Assembly (NCBI GenBank): GCA_963713865.1
Contig: OY970208.1
Location: forward strand, 928,001 to 992,000
Reading direction: 5' to 3'
Source: an uncultured candidate division Zixibacteria bacterium
GTDB lineage: Bacteria; Zixibacteria; MSB-5A5; RBG-16-43-9
DNA length: 64,000 nucleotides
Shown: positions 9,936 through 19,363 of the stretch, one piece after another
Position numbering within the stretch: the stretch's first letter is position 1
How the letters are laid out: each line of letters begins with the position of its first letter
Program-made: the position numbers and the translations under genes
Notes under the pieces: generated by a model
Told to the model about the DNA's origin: nothing
Seen by the model: only the letters and a program-made list of their open reading frames with translations
Databases searched by the model: none

Positions 9936-11477
9936 TTATTTCAAACCAATTTTTCTGATTTTCCCTGATTCAGTCTTAGGCAAGGTCTCAACTATTTCCA
10001 CATATTTGGGAACCATAAAGTCCTCTAAATTCTTTGAACAATACCTCAAAATATCTTTTTCTGAAAGGTTCACCCCTTCTTTTAAGACCACAAATGCCTT
10101 AATGGCCTGCCCTAAGATCTCATCTGGTACTCCTACCACTTTAGTCTCTAATACACCTCCTAGGTTATATAAAACGTTCTCTATCTCTTTAGGGCTAACC
10201 TTCTCACCCCGGCATTTGATTATATCATCCTTTCTCCCTACAAAATACAAGAAACCTTCCTCATCCATCTTAAATAAATCTCCGGTATATAAAATCCTTT
10301 CCCAGGGCAATGAACCTATCTTTAAAACCCTAGCAGTCTCCTCCGGGAGTTCCCAGTAACCAAGCATTACATTAGAGCCCCTTACTATCAATTCTCCTAC
10401 TTCTCCCGGACCAATTCTTTCTCCATCCTCATTCACTATGTAAACTTCTTCATTTGGCATTCCTTTGCCTATGGAGGTAGGTCTTCTATCAAGCTCCTCT
10501 GGAGGAAGGTAAGATACCCTTTTGCATTCGGTTAAACCATACATTGAATAAAGTCTGGCATTAGGGAAAGTCTCCCGTATTTTTTTTATGAAAGAGACCG
10601 GTAAAGCTGCAGCAGTGTTGGTGATATATTTTAAGGAATCGAAATTCTGCTTTTTCAAATCCTCTAATTGCAGAAGTATGGCGAAGATAGTTGGAACACC
10701 TGGGAATCCGGTTACCTTCTCCTTTAACATAAGATCGATTATCACATAAGGGTATAAAAAGCTTTTCTCTAAGATTACCCTTCCTCCGATTTTGAACCCC
10801 ATCAGAACCTGATAGAGCCCGTAATCGAAAGATAAGGGCAAAACGTCAAGGATTATATCATCGCTGGTATTTTCTAAATACTGGGTGATAGAGTTTGCTG
10901 CAGAGACCATATTCAGATGGGAAAGCATCACCCCTTTGGGGTTCCCGGTTGTGCCTGAGGTGTAGATGATACTGGCTAAATCTATGTCGATATTTCTATT
11001 TACAGGAGGATTATCCGGATAGGAGCTTACGAGTTCTTTAAAATTAAAGACTTTTTTATCATCAAAAACCCTTTCTTCAGTTTTAAGCTCCCCAGCCAGA
11101 GCTACAAATTTAACCCAGGGAGTTTTTTGTAAAACTTCTTTGATCAGCTCCCATTTATCAGAGCTGGTGATCAGGGCTTTAACCCGACAGTTGTTCAAGA
11201 TATAAATTAGTTTATCCTTTTTAGTGGTGGAGTTTATAACCACAAAAACTACATCGGCTTTCAAGACCCCGAAGATGGATATAACTGATTCAACTGAGTT
11301 CTCTGAGAAAATTGCGATCCGCTCACCTCTTTCCAATCCCATATCTTTTAATCCCTGAGCTAATCTATTAGCGGATTTATCAATTTCCTGATAAGTCAAC
11401 CTTCCTTTTTGAAAGACCAAGGCAACTTTATCTGGAAATTTTTCTGCACTATTTTCTAAGAAATGGTTTAAGAGCAT
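9936..11477 (-). CDS. AMP-dependent acyl-CoA/acyl-ACP ligase
   Basis: YTSGTTGNPKG, MYGLTECKR, TGDL, GRKDD, LPKTESGK. Confidence 0.9.
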   Translation of the reverse strand: MLLNHFLENSAEKFPDKVALVFQKGRLTYQEIDKSANRLAQGLKDMGLERGERIAIFSENSVESVISIFGVLKADVVFVVINSTTKKDKLIYILNNCRVKALITSSDKWELIKEVLQKTPWVKFVALAGELKTEERVFDDKKVFNFKELVSSYPDNPPVNRNIDIDLASIIYTSGTTGNPKGVMLSHLNMVSAANSITQYLENTSDDIILDVLPLSFDYGLYQVLMGFKIGGRVILEKSFLYPYVIIDLMLKEKVTGFPGVPTIFAILLQLEDLKKQNFDSLKYITNTAAALPVSFIKKIRETFPNARLYSMYGLTECKRVSYLPPEELDRRPTSIGKGMPNEEVYIVNEDGERIGPGEVGELIVRGSNVMLGYWELPEETARVLKIGSLPWERILYTGDLFKMDEEGFLYFVGRKDDIIKCRGEKVSPKEIENVLYNLGGVLETKVVGVPDEILGQAIKAFVVLKEGVNLSEKDILRYCSKNLEDFMVPKYVEIVETLPKTESGKIRKIGLK

Positions 11478-11498
11478 AAGGATAGTCTTTTTAAAATC

Positions 11499-11753
11499 TT
11501 AACTTATAGACCCGTTTTTTCTTTTTATATAGGCCACTAAGTTCTTAAGGGAATCCAAGTTCTCCGGGATAAGCTCCTCATCTTCCACCTTAATCTTATA
11601 GGTTTCCTCGATAAAATTGACCAGCTCTAAGACCCCGGTTGAATCTATTATCCCTCCCTTAAGAAAGGACTCATCCTCTTTTATGACTTTCTTTTTATCC
11701 CCTAAAAGGAAATTGTCCTGAATGAAACTTTTTACCTTCTCTTCTATTAACAT
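11499..11753 (-). CDS. Acyl carrier protein
   Basis: 84 aa acidic protein with GIIDSTGVLELV phosphopantetheine site. Confidence 0.9.
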   Translation of the reverse strand: MLIEEKVKSFIQDNFLLGDKKKVIKEDESFLKGGIIDSTGVLELVNFIEETYKIKVEDEELIPENLDSLKNLVAYIKRKNGSIS

Positions 11754-11825
11754 TTGTTCTCCTTAGGTTTGACCAGTCAATATAAAAACCATTAATCTTT
11801 ATCGGAACATTTCTCACTGATTTAA

Positions 11826-11854
11826 CTTATACGTCAGGAGATTAAATTTGTCAA
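11826..11854 (-). promoter_or_regulatory. Putative sigma70 promoter for the ACP/polysaccharide operon
   Basis: TTGACA (11849-11854), 17-bp spacer, TATAAG on the minus strand, about 75 bp before the ACP start. Confidence 0.5.
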
Positions 11855-11930
11855 GATTTTTAAATAGGTTTTTAAAAAAGGAACTGGAGTGTAAAGCCTT
11901 AGCTTCACAGTATATCACATAGATACTCTT

Positions 11931-12944
11931 TCAATAATTGCAGTACATCAAAATACCACCGGAGATTTTCGTAACCTCAGCACAATATGCCAGATTGCAG
12001 TTTTCCATTACATCCTTCTCTGTAAAAGTATAAGGATTGAAATGAAATTCTTCAAAGAATATCGCGGGACAACCTGTCTTGCAAAAATAATAGGCATCTG
12101 TGTAATTTATATGGTCATTTGTGTCCACGGGAGTGATTTTAGTATATTTTTCGCAAATGCTGTGAGCTAAACCAGTTACCCATTCAGAACCGGGGTAATT
12201 TTGGAAATCGAGCTTCCACATCTCTGAAGGAGGAGAATAGCTGATTTGATTATTATCGATCATCAGCTTTATCGTTTGATTAGATTTAGAAATTTGATTA
12301 ACGTAATGTTCGCTTCCACTTTTCCCCTCTACAAAAAGGGTCATAAATTCCTCAGCTCCGAAAGCTACGAATTTAATTGAGGATTTTGGCTTAAAATCTT
12401 TTTTCTTCATAACCCTAGCTATCTCCAGACAGGCGGCAACCCCTGAGGCATTATTATTGGCACCAGGAGAGAACTTGAACGGATCTGTCTCTGGACCCAT
12501 TATAAAACAATCATAGTGAGCTCCAAGTATATAAATATCATCAGGATTTTTAATCCCTTTTAAAGTCGCGATCACATTATACTGCCAGGTGGCGTGAAGA
12601 TTTTTTGATCCTGGAGGGAACTCAATTGTATTTTGAAAAGAGTCAATCACCACATCTGTATATCCTAAGGATTCAAATCTGTCCTTGATCCAAACCGCTA
12701 TATCCCTGCGATTATCCGCCAGCATGAACCTGGTCTTAAAATTTACCAATCCCTGGATGAGATATTTAATGCTATCTGGATTAATCTCCTTAAGATAATC
12801 TGCGATCAGGCTGTCAATGCCGGGCTCATCCGCAAAGCGCCTGTCAATATCATCAGCACGGGGAGATACCTTTTTCTCTGAATGAACAAGTATTGCCAAG
12901 ACTGTTATTAAGCTTAAAAATAAAATTGTGAATTTTCCTTTCAT
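11931..12944 (-). CDS. M28 peptidase-fold exported protein with several Zn ligands substituted
   Basis: NVIATLKG, GAHYD, GANNNASG, FGAEE; signal-like N-terminus from ATG 12944 with GAGGAG RBS. Confidence 0.75.
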   Translation of the reverse strand: MKGKFTILFLSLITVLAILVHSEKKVSPRADDIDRRFADEPGIDSLIADYLKEINPDSIKYLIQGLVNFKTRFMLADNRRDIAVWIKDRFESLGYTDVVIDSFQNTIEFPPGSKNLHATWQYNVIATLKGIKNPDDIYILGAHYDCFIMGPETDPFKFSPGANNNASGVAACLEIARVMKKKDFKPKSSIKFVAFGAEEFMTLFVEGKSGSEHYVNQISKSNQTIKLMIDNNQISYSPPSEMWKLDFQNYPGSEWVTGLAHSICEKYTKITPVDTNDHINYTDAYYFCKTGCPAIFFEEFHFNPYTFTEKDVMENCNLAYCAEVTKISGGILMYCNY

Positions 12945-12991
12945 AGTATCGTTCTCCTCTTTCTTCAAGGGATGTTATAATCACGGCTTTT

Positions 12992-13097
12992 GTAGTTGCT
13001 CGATTCATCGAGTCTGTAGCGGCCGGTCCTACGGATCCGTTTCTCGGAGTTTATCCCGGACGTTTCCTTTTTCGTCAGGCATAAAACCTGACGCTAC
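12992..13097. repeat. Cluster of REP-like GTAG...CTAC palindromes
   Basis: GTAGTTGCTCGATTCATCGAG, then GTAGC...CGTCAGG-CATAAAA-CCTGACG-CTAC; 16-mer TCCTACGGATCCGTTT (13027-13042) recurs at 55206-55221. Confidence 0.65.
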
Positions 13098-13117
13098 GAA
13101 TTGGAATCTTGGTCTAT

Positions 13118-13903
13118 CTATTCTCCTTCCGCCGGAGTAAATTCGATCACCTTACTCCCAAATTGCGTGTAAATCGAAAAATTATAATTGTAGTGCTCTG
13201 GTTCGATAAGGTCTTCTTCTACGTAGGGGTAGAAGGGGGTTGTATGTTTAGTTTTAGGAAGAGGAAAATATACGTACCCATTAACACTTTCACCTGGAAA
13301 AATTGTATTGCGTCGTAAGATTCCAGTATTTATGCTATTCATAAACATATCGTATAGAATAGTTGTATTTACCATTGAAGTCATTGTTCTTGACTCAATA
13401 GCATCTACTTTAGTATCTCTATCATTTACGACCCATTTATCTCCTTTTGGGCTTGTTATTGTAGTTGGCTGCGCAGACATTGCTTTCAACGTTCCACCTA
13501 TTGCCTGTGCTATCAAGCTTACTGTTTTTTCATTTTTTATGTGTGCTAAGATTTTTGTTGGTGATTCAGGAGTTATGTCATCAAAGGATTTCCTATCTCC
13601 CTTAATGCTAAGAATGCTAAGTTTTACTGCTTTTAAAGGTTCTAAGAGGTACGGTGTATTGGAATTGTTTTTATAAAGCAACCATAACCTCATATAATCT
13701 GTGTCGCCTACATCAGTTGGTTCCAACAAAACTATGATGAATGAACTATCTGTGTTCACTACCCCAATAGGAAGACCATTTCTATAAAAAGACATTACCT
13801 CAGAATTCTGAGTGGGCAAATAAATTACTGGTGGTTTTGTACTGGCACAACTAGAAATTATCAAAGTTGTTAGAACTAAGATCAATAAATCTATTCGTCT
13901 CAT
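13118..13903 (-). CDS. Hypothetical lipoprotein
   Basis: Lipobox IISSC; C-terminal LRRNTIFPGESVNGYVYFP; AGGAG RBS. Confidence 0.75.
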   Translation of the reverse strand: MRRIDLLILVLTTLIISSCASTKPPVIYLPTQNSEVMSFYRNGLPIGVVNTDSSFIIVLLEPTDVGDTDYMRLWLLYKNNSNTPYLLEPLKAVKLSILSIKGDRKSFDDITPESPTKILAHIKNEKTVSLIAQAIGGTLKAMSAQPTTITSPKGDKWVVNDRDTKVDAIESRTMTSMVNTTILYDMFMNSINTGILRRNTIFPGESVNGYVYFPLPKTKHTTPFYPYVEEDLIEPEHYNYNFSIYTQFGSKVIEFTPAEGE

Positions 13904-14157
13904 ATCCTATCTCCTTATTTGTTTTAAATGTATCGTAAATCCATTACAGCCTTAATAAAAGGTTGCCACGTAATGCAGAGAGGCATACAGCGAAAGTTTA
14001 ATTACATTATCAAAATCGTTTCTAAAATTAAGTTAGAAGATATTTTAAATCTGTCAAGAGAAAAGTAATTCTTTTTAAAATCAGCTCCGCTAAATTTCTC
14101 TTGACTTACCCTTTTTCTTATTACTAAATATGATCGCGTAGGATGAGGTAAAGAATA

Positions 14158-14283
14158 GAGATTCTTCGGTCATCTCGCCAAAGGCGGACTCCCTCAGAAT
14201 GACAGAAAAGGATCGAAGAATCAACTTCGGGCGGAGACCCTGTAAAGCTGGGTTTCGCAAAGCTCAACGAGCTCCGCCCCTAC
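14158..14283. repeat. Half copy of the GAGATTCTTC...CTCAGAATGACA palindromic element plus a GGGCGGAG...CTCCGCCCCTAC REP
   Basis: 14158-14204 matches 52952-52990; 14229-14283 is an inverted repeat ending in CTAC. Confidence 0.65.
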
Positions 14284-14315
14284 GCGAATTACGCGGATTT
14301 TCAAACCGAGGGATT

Positions 14316-16631
14316 ATGACTGGGGAATATCCGAAGTTCAGGCAAGATTTAATCATAAGCCAGCAGGAATTTGAGGGGAAGACTTACTATGTTATCAAAG
14401 ACCCCCTCACCAGGAAATTCTTCAGACTAAAAGAGCCTGAATATTTTATCACCCGGAATTTAGACGGGGAGAAATCAAATCAAGATATAGTTGAAGAATT
14501 TGAGAAAAAATTCCAGATAAAATTAGATTTACCCACTTTAGAGAATTTCCTTTCCCAGTTAGAGAAATTGGGTTTTTTAGAGGGGGAGATTTCTCAAAGG
14601 GAACTTTCCAGGTTACAATACAGGGCAGAAAAGGAAAAAACTCTTATCAGGAAAATCCTCTTCATAAAGCTCAAAGCTTTTGATCCGGACAAATTCTTAA
14701 ATAAGCTATTGAAGAAATTCAAATTCCTTTATACCAAAGGATTTTTGTACTTCTCCCTTTTCATAATCTTTTTAGCTTTGGTGATTACCATCTCCAACTG
14801 GGGAGACTTAGGATACAGTTTCAAAGGGTTATTCCGCCTGACCACTATTGTCAAGCTCTGGTTAGCTATTTTCTTGATCGCTTTAGTACATGAGTTGGGA
14901 CATGCACTAACCTGCAAATATTTCGGGGGGGAAGTCCACGAGATGGGGTTTTTATTGATCTATTTCCAGCCCGCTTTCTTCACCAACGTCTCGGATGCCT
15001 GGATGTTCAAGGAAAAAAAGAAAAAGCTTTTGGTTTCCTGGGCAGGGATTTATATTCACCTTTTCCTCTGGGCAACTGCCACCCTTTTGTGGAGAATAAC
15101 CGATCTGGAGACCCAGCTTAGCTCTTTTCTTTTTGTGGTTATGATTGTCTCCGGGGTCTTAATCATCTTCAACTTCAATCCCCTGATAAAGTTAGATGGT
15201 TATTATCTTTTATCCGACTGGCTGGAGATACCCAATCTGCGTAAAAAAGCTTTTGGATACCTGGGATCTTTTTTTAAAAGTAAAATTATTAAGACCGGAG
15301 AGAAGACAGTTGAAGCTTCACCAAGAGAAAAAAAGATTTTTCCCTGGTACGGAACCCTGTCCATACTTTACTCTTTTCTCTTGATCTTCTATTTTTTCAT
15401 AAGAGCGGGTAACTTTTTGGTTTCCAGGTATCAGGGTTATGGATTTGCCTTGTTTTTGGTTATCCTTTATTTTATCTTTCAACAGCCGCTGAAAATTGTT
15501 CTGGCTGGTGGCTTTCATCTTTTTTTAATAAAGAAAGAAGGATTTATGAAGCCAAAAAAACTCTTCACCTATACGGGCATAGTTCTCGTTCTCCTGATCT
15601 TATTATTCGTGGTGAAGCTGGATTTGAAGATCAGCCAGGAATGTGAATTCGCTGCCCTGGAGACCTATTCCATAATCAATAGCCCCTCGACCGAGTTTTT
15701 AGAGGAACAGCTCTATCAGGAAGATAAGGAAGAAAAAAGGCAGGTTAATATCCTGAGGATGATCTCCTCCACCTACGGGATTGTGAATTTGGAACCGGTG
15801 GTAAAGGAAGGGCAGAGGGTAAAAAAGGACGAGGTTATCATCCGCCTGCTCTCCAATCAATACACCAATGAACTGGAGGAGACTGAAGCAGCTATCCGAA
15901 AGGAGAAGGCTAATTTAGAGCTTCTGATTAAAGGTGCCAGACCCGAGGAGATCGAGCAGGCAGAGGAGCAGGTTAGAAAAGCGGAAACGAAACTGCAGTC
16001 CAGCGAAAAAGAGCTTAACCGGCTGAAGGAACTTAACTCGCAGGATCTTATCTCCAAAGAGGAGTGGGAGAAGAAAGAATCCGATAACAATGTTCTGGTT
16101 TCAGAACTTAATATCGTCCGGAACAACCTGAAGATACTTAAGAAAGGTGCCAAAGAAGAAGAGATCGAGATGTCCAAGGCAGAGATCAGTGGCCTGGAGG
16201 CGAAAGCGAAATTTTTCAAAGACCAGGTATCAGCCTCGGATTTAAAAACCCCGATCTCCGGAATAGTAACCCAGGTAATGCCTGCCGGGGAAATACTAAG
16301 CATTGCTAACTACGATACGATGAGGGTATTAATCCCGGTATCTGAAAAAGATTTAGATGTCATCAAATTAGGTCAGAAGGTAAAAGCCAAGGTGAGGAGC
16401 TTCCCTTTTAAGTCCTGCTCCGGGGTTGTAACCAGGATTGCTCATCAGGGGGAAAAATATAAATCCCGCCTGATTTTTTTGGTCACCAGCAAAATAGATA
16501 ACACCCAGTCTCTTCTGAAGCCGGGGATGACCGGACAGGCAAAAATCTACTGCGGTAAAAGAAGCATTATCTCACTTATACTGCGCAGGATAATCCGCTG
16601 GCTCAGGGTCGAGGTCTGGTCCTGGTTCTAA
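14316..16631 (+). CDS. PqqD/RRE-like domain + M50 (site-2) Zn metalloprotease + HlyD-type membrane-fusion domain
   Basis: YVIKDPLTRKFFRL...LDGEKS...FLSQLEKLGFLE (winged-helix RRE-like); HELGH and NFNPLIKLDGY; coiled coil plus LKPGMTGQAKI. Start moved to ATG 14316 (GAGGGA RBS) because the longer ORF begins in repeat DNA. Confidence 0.85.
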   Translation: MTGEYPKFRQDLIISQQEFEGKTYYVIKDPLTRKFFRLKEPEYFITRNLDGEKSNQDIVEEFEKKFQIKLDLPTLENFLSQLEKLGFLEGEISQRELSRLQYRAEKEKTLIRKILFIKLKAFDPDKFLNKLLKKFKFLYTKGFLYFSLFIIFLALVITISNWGDLGYSFKGLFRLTTIVKLWLAIFLIALVHELGHALTCKYFGGEVHEMGFLLIYFQPAFFTNVSDAWMFKEKKKKLLVSWAGIYIHLFLWATATLLWRITDLETQLSSFLFVVMIVSGVLIIFNFNPLIKLDGYYLLSDWLEIPNLRKKAFGYLGSFFKSKIIKTGEKTVEASPREKKIFPWYGTLSILYSFLLIFYFFIRAGNFLVSRYQGYGFALFLVILYFIFQQPLKIVLAGGFHLFLIKKEGFMKPKKLFTYTGIVLVLLILLFVVKLDLKISQECEFAALETYSIINSPSTEFLEEQLYQEDKEEKRQVNILRMISSTYGIVNLEPVVKEGQRVKKDEVIIRLLSNQYTNELEETEAAIRKEKANLELLIKGARPEEIEQAEEQVRKAETKLQSSEKELNRLKELNSQDLISKEEWEKKESDNNVLVSELNIVRNNLKILKKGAKEEEIEMSKAEISGLEAKAKFFKDQVSASDLKTPISGIVTQVMPAGEILSIANYDTMRVLIPVSEKDLDVIKLGQKVKAKVRSFPFKSCSGVVTRIAHQGEKYKSRLIFLVTSKIDNTQSLLKPGMTGQAKIYCGKRSIISLILRRIIRWLRVEVWSWF

Positions 16632-16652
16632 AAATATTTTTCAAAAAAGTCC

Positions 16653-16682
16653 TTGACAATTTTTTCAGGGGGGGGGTATAAT
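16653..16682 (+). promoter_or_regulatory. Sigma70 promoter with G9 tract in the spacer
   Basis: Perfect TTGACA (16653-58) and TATAAT (16677-82) separated by 18 bp that include G9 (16668-16676). Confidence 0.8.
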
Positions 16683-16811
16683 AACCATTGCTAGGTTTTT
16701 ATTTGGCTAATTAAAAAGAAATAATTACTTAATTTTTAGATAGAATATACTTATTTCAGACTAAATTCACCAGAGGGTTATGTCTTAATATTTTGACAGG
16801 GGAGGATAAAG

Positions 16812-17453
16812 ATGCTTAAAAATTGTTTCAAGATAGTTATAATATTAAGTATCATCCTGCTTTTTTGTTTTAATTTAGCTTCTTCCCAGCATTTTGTAAA
16901 GATGAATGACCAGCAATGGATTGAGCTGGCTGTTGATATGATCAGGAAGGGGGTTCAACAGCAGGATACTTTAAAGATCGCGATGGTTTCTGCTCCTACA
17001 GTATTGGTGAAACAAAATAGATTTGAACTTAATGGTGTTTTGACTAAAAAGTTTCAGGATATTTTTAACAACTCCTCTAAAAGGAAACTCTCCCTTCAAA
17101 AACCTTTATTCAATCAGCCAAATCCTCTTACTTATTCAAATTTCTGGGATTTTGATATAGTGAACCTGGAAACAAAAATAATAGGAGATAGTGCAGTGGT
17201 GGATTGTGAGCTGGTTTTATGGGGTGCCCCGCCTGTGACCGGAAGCAAGGAAACTGGACGAAGGGCTCAGGAAAGATTCATTTTCAAATCCCCTCCTCGG
17301 ATGCTGAGTGTGTCATCTGACAAAGATGAGGGAGGAATGTTTTCTAACAAAGGAGCAAAACCAAATCGAACCTGGCAATTGGTGAGGTTTGAAAAACTAC
17401 TGGATTTCATGAATCTAACAATCGAGAATTTTGTAGATGAGAAGCAAAAATAA
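16812..17453 (+). CDS. Hypothetical secreted protein
   Basis: Sec signal peptide, GGAGGA RBS; no family recognised. Confidence 0.75.
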   Translation: MLKNCFKIVIILSIILLFCFNLASSQHFVKMNDQQWIELAVDMIRKGVQQQDTLKIAMVSAPTVLVKQNRFELNGVLTKKFQDIFNNSSKRKLSLQKPLFNQPNPLTYSNFWDFDIVNLETKIIGDSAVVDCELVLWGAPPVTGSKETGRRAQERFIFKSPPRMLSVSSDKDEGGMFSNKGAKPNRTWQLVRFEKLLDFMNLTIENFVDEKQK

Positions 17454-17472
17454 TAGAGGGGGGAGGTCAGAA

Positions 17473-18225
17473 ATGAATACAAAATTAAAGCTTTTAATAC
17501 TTATAATGTTATCTATTTTTACATTTAATGTCACTTGCTGGTTAGACTGGCCTGGTATACCGACAGAAACCCCAGAAGATACCTGTCCAAGCTGGGATAC
17601 CGATTGTGATAGTATCAGTAATGCAGTGGAAACAAATAGTGCTAATTCATATCTGGGATTAAACCCTAACTCAGTCGATGACAACCCAAGTATCGCCCAT
17701 GGTTCGCCTGGCGATGGCTGGATTGAGAAAGCACTAAACTTAGTCGACGCTGGAACAGGATATTGGCACAATAGGGGTTCTGATCCAATAGACACTGATG
17801 ACTGGGGCGTATTACATTTGATTAATATGATAGAAGGAGCTGGACGAGATTGGTATGGCAACGGTTATACTACTCCAAGGATTACAGCCAACGATTTGAG
17901 CCAAGGAAATGCCCAGACACAAGAATTTGGCGGATATTGGGAAGATCATTCTTGTCATCAAAATGGACTCGAAGTAGATATAAGATATGTGAGAAATGAT
18001 GGACAAGAAATTGGGCTGAATATTGCAGGTCCGGACTCTATTTACTATGATGTTGATGCCACAATAGATCTAATGAATTTTCTAATCGATAATGCTAATG
18101 TCACGATTATCTATGTTGACACGGTTCACGCTTGGATTGTAGTTTCTGATCCAATCGTACATTTGCCGGGCCATAGTGATCATTTCCACGTTAGAATTGA
18201 AGACCCGGATGGAACTGGTAATTAA
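17473..18225 (+). CDS. Secreted MepA-like (M74/LAS-type) murein endopeptidase
   Basis: NDLS..GG..HSCHQNGLEVD and HSDHFHVR match MepA Zn motifs; N-terminal DTDCDSISNAVE Ca-binding-like repeat; signal peptide; GGAGG RBS before ATG 17473. Confidence 0.75.
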   Translation: MNTKLKLLILIMLSIFTFNVTCWLDWPGIPTETPEDTCPSWDTDCDSISNAVETNSANSYLGLNPNSVDDNPSIAHGSPGDGWIEKALNLVDAGTGYWHNRGSDPIDTDDWGVLHLINMIEGAGRDWYGNGYTTPRITANDLSQGNAQTQEFGGYWEDHSCHQNGLEVDIRYVRNDGQEIGLNIAGPDSIYYDVDATIDLMNFLIDNANVTIIYVDTVHAWIVVSDPIVHLPGHSDHFHVRIEDPDGTGN

Positions 18226-18255
18226 ATATCATTTACTGAAAGGAGGAAAATAAAA

Positions 18256-19314
18256 ATGCTAAAATTAGTAACTTACTGGATAGTTATAACGACACTCTTT
18301 TTATCGTTAATTTTTGCTGCTTCAAGAAAGACTATCACCACAGATGAAAGTTGTATGGCAAGGTTGGAGAAGGGGAATTGGATCACTAAATTAAATATAT
18401 CAACAAGGCAACCCCAAAAAATATATAAATCTGATAAATACTGGGTTCATAGTCTCACTGTTTCTCCTGATAATAAATATATCGCTTTTATCGAGGAGAC
18501 ACAACCAAAATATACAAGAAATGGTTATGAAGTTGCACCTCATTATAGTCTAGCAGTAATAAATACAGAAGGCAAGCTAATAAGTCGAGTGGAGCAAGAT
18601 GTGAAAAAGTATGTATGGAATCCACAAGGGGATAAAATAGCTTTTCTAACTTTTGCTCCTAAAGACCCGGACTACGAGTTCAAATATCCAACAGGTGTAT
18701 GGATTTTTGATATATCTACACTGAAGAAAAAGAAGATTGCTGAAAAAGGGATAGAAATAAACTGGGCAAACTTCGATAAGAATATCTACTTTTTAGATAG
18801 AAAGAAGGTTTTTAGGTGGAATCCAAATACGGAACAACTCGATTCTACTAAATTTCAGGATATATATTTCTCACCAGATGGGAAATATTACCTAAGACTT
18901 TGGAAAGATGAAGGCAAACCTATTCAACTCTTTGAGACAAGTTCCAATAAAGAAATCTTTACTATAAAAGCTTACAAAAAACTTCTCCCAGCAGGAGATA
19001 CTACTGAATCTTTCCCAAAAAATATTGGAGATCTCTGGAGTTCACACGACCTCGACACCCCCCATAGCTGGGTTTTCAACCAGGGACACTATCTATTATT
19101 TACAAAAGCAGAAGTAATCATCGAGACAAAAGGAGAAGGTCCTGTTAAGGCAATTAAGTCACGCGAAGTTAAAGACATAAGAAATTTCATTTACGACCCC
19201 GAACAAAGAAGAGTCATTAAGGAATTCGAAGGCTCTATTAGTTCTTGGATCGGGGATGGAAGCCGAATAATATTAGAACATAAAGGGGAAATTATATTCG
19301 AGGAAATTAAATAA
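18256..19314 (+). CDS. Secreted beta-propeller (TolB/PD40-like) protein
   Basis: Signal peptide; repeats VSPDNKYIAF, WNPQGDKIAF, FSPDGKYY. Confidence 0.75.
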   Translation: MLKLVTYWIVITTLFLSLIFAASRKTITTDESCMARLEKGNWITKLNISTRQPQKIYKSDKYWVHSLTVSPDNKYIAFIEETQPKYTRNGYEVAPHYSLAVINTEGKLISRVEQDVKKYVWNPQGDKIAFLTFAPKDPDYEFKYPTGVWIFDISTLKKKKIAEKGIEINWANFDKNIYFLDRKKVFRWNPNTEQLDSTKFQDIYFSPDGKYYLRLWKDEGKPIQLFETSSNKEIFTIKAYKKLLPAGDTTESFPKNIGDLWSSHDLDTPHSWVFNQGHYLLFTKAEVIIETKGEGPVKAIKSREVKDIRNFIYDPEQRRVIKEFEGSISSWIGDGSRIILEHKGEIIFEEIK

Positions 19315-19363
19315 GATAGTTTGCTTGAATACAATTTTTCTCTATCAAAGAGAAGATTCTACT

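Noticed and set aside
14199-14315. N-terminal extension of the M50-HlyD ORF
   Set aside because: It is translated repeat DNA; the RBS supports ATG 14316.
15857-16303. Antisense ORFs here and elsewhere (e.g. 10006-10359, 13308-13676, 17415-17861, 46426-46788)
   Set aside because: Shadow frames of well-supported genes on the opposite strand, with no independent motifs.
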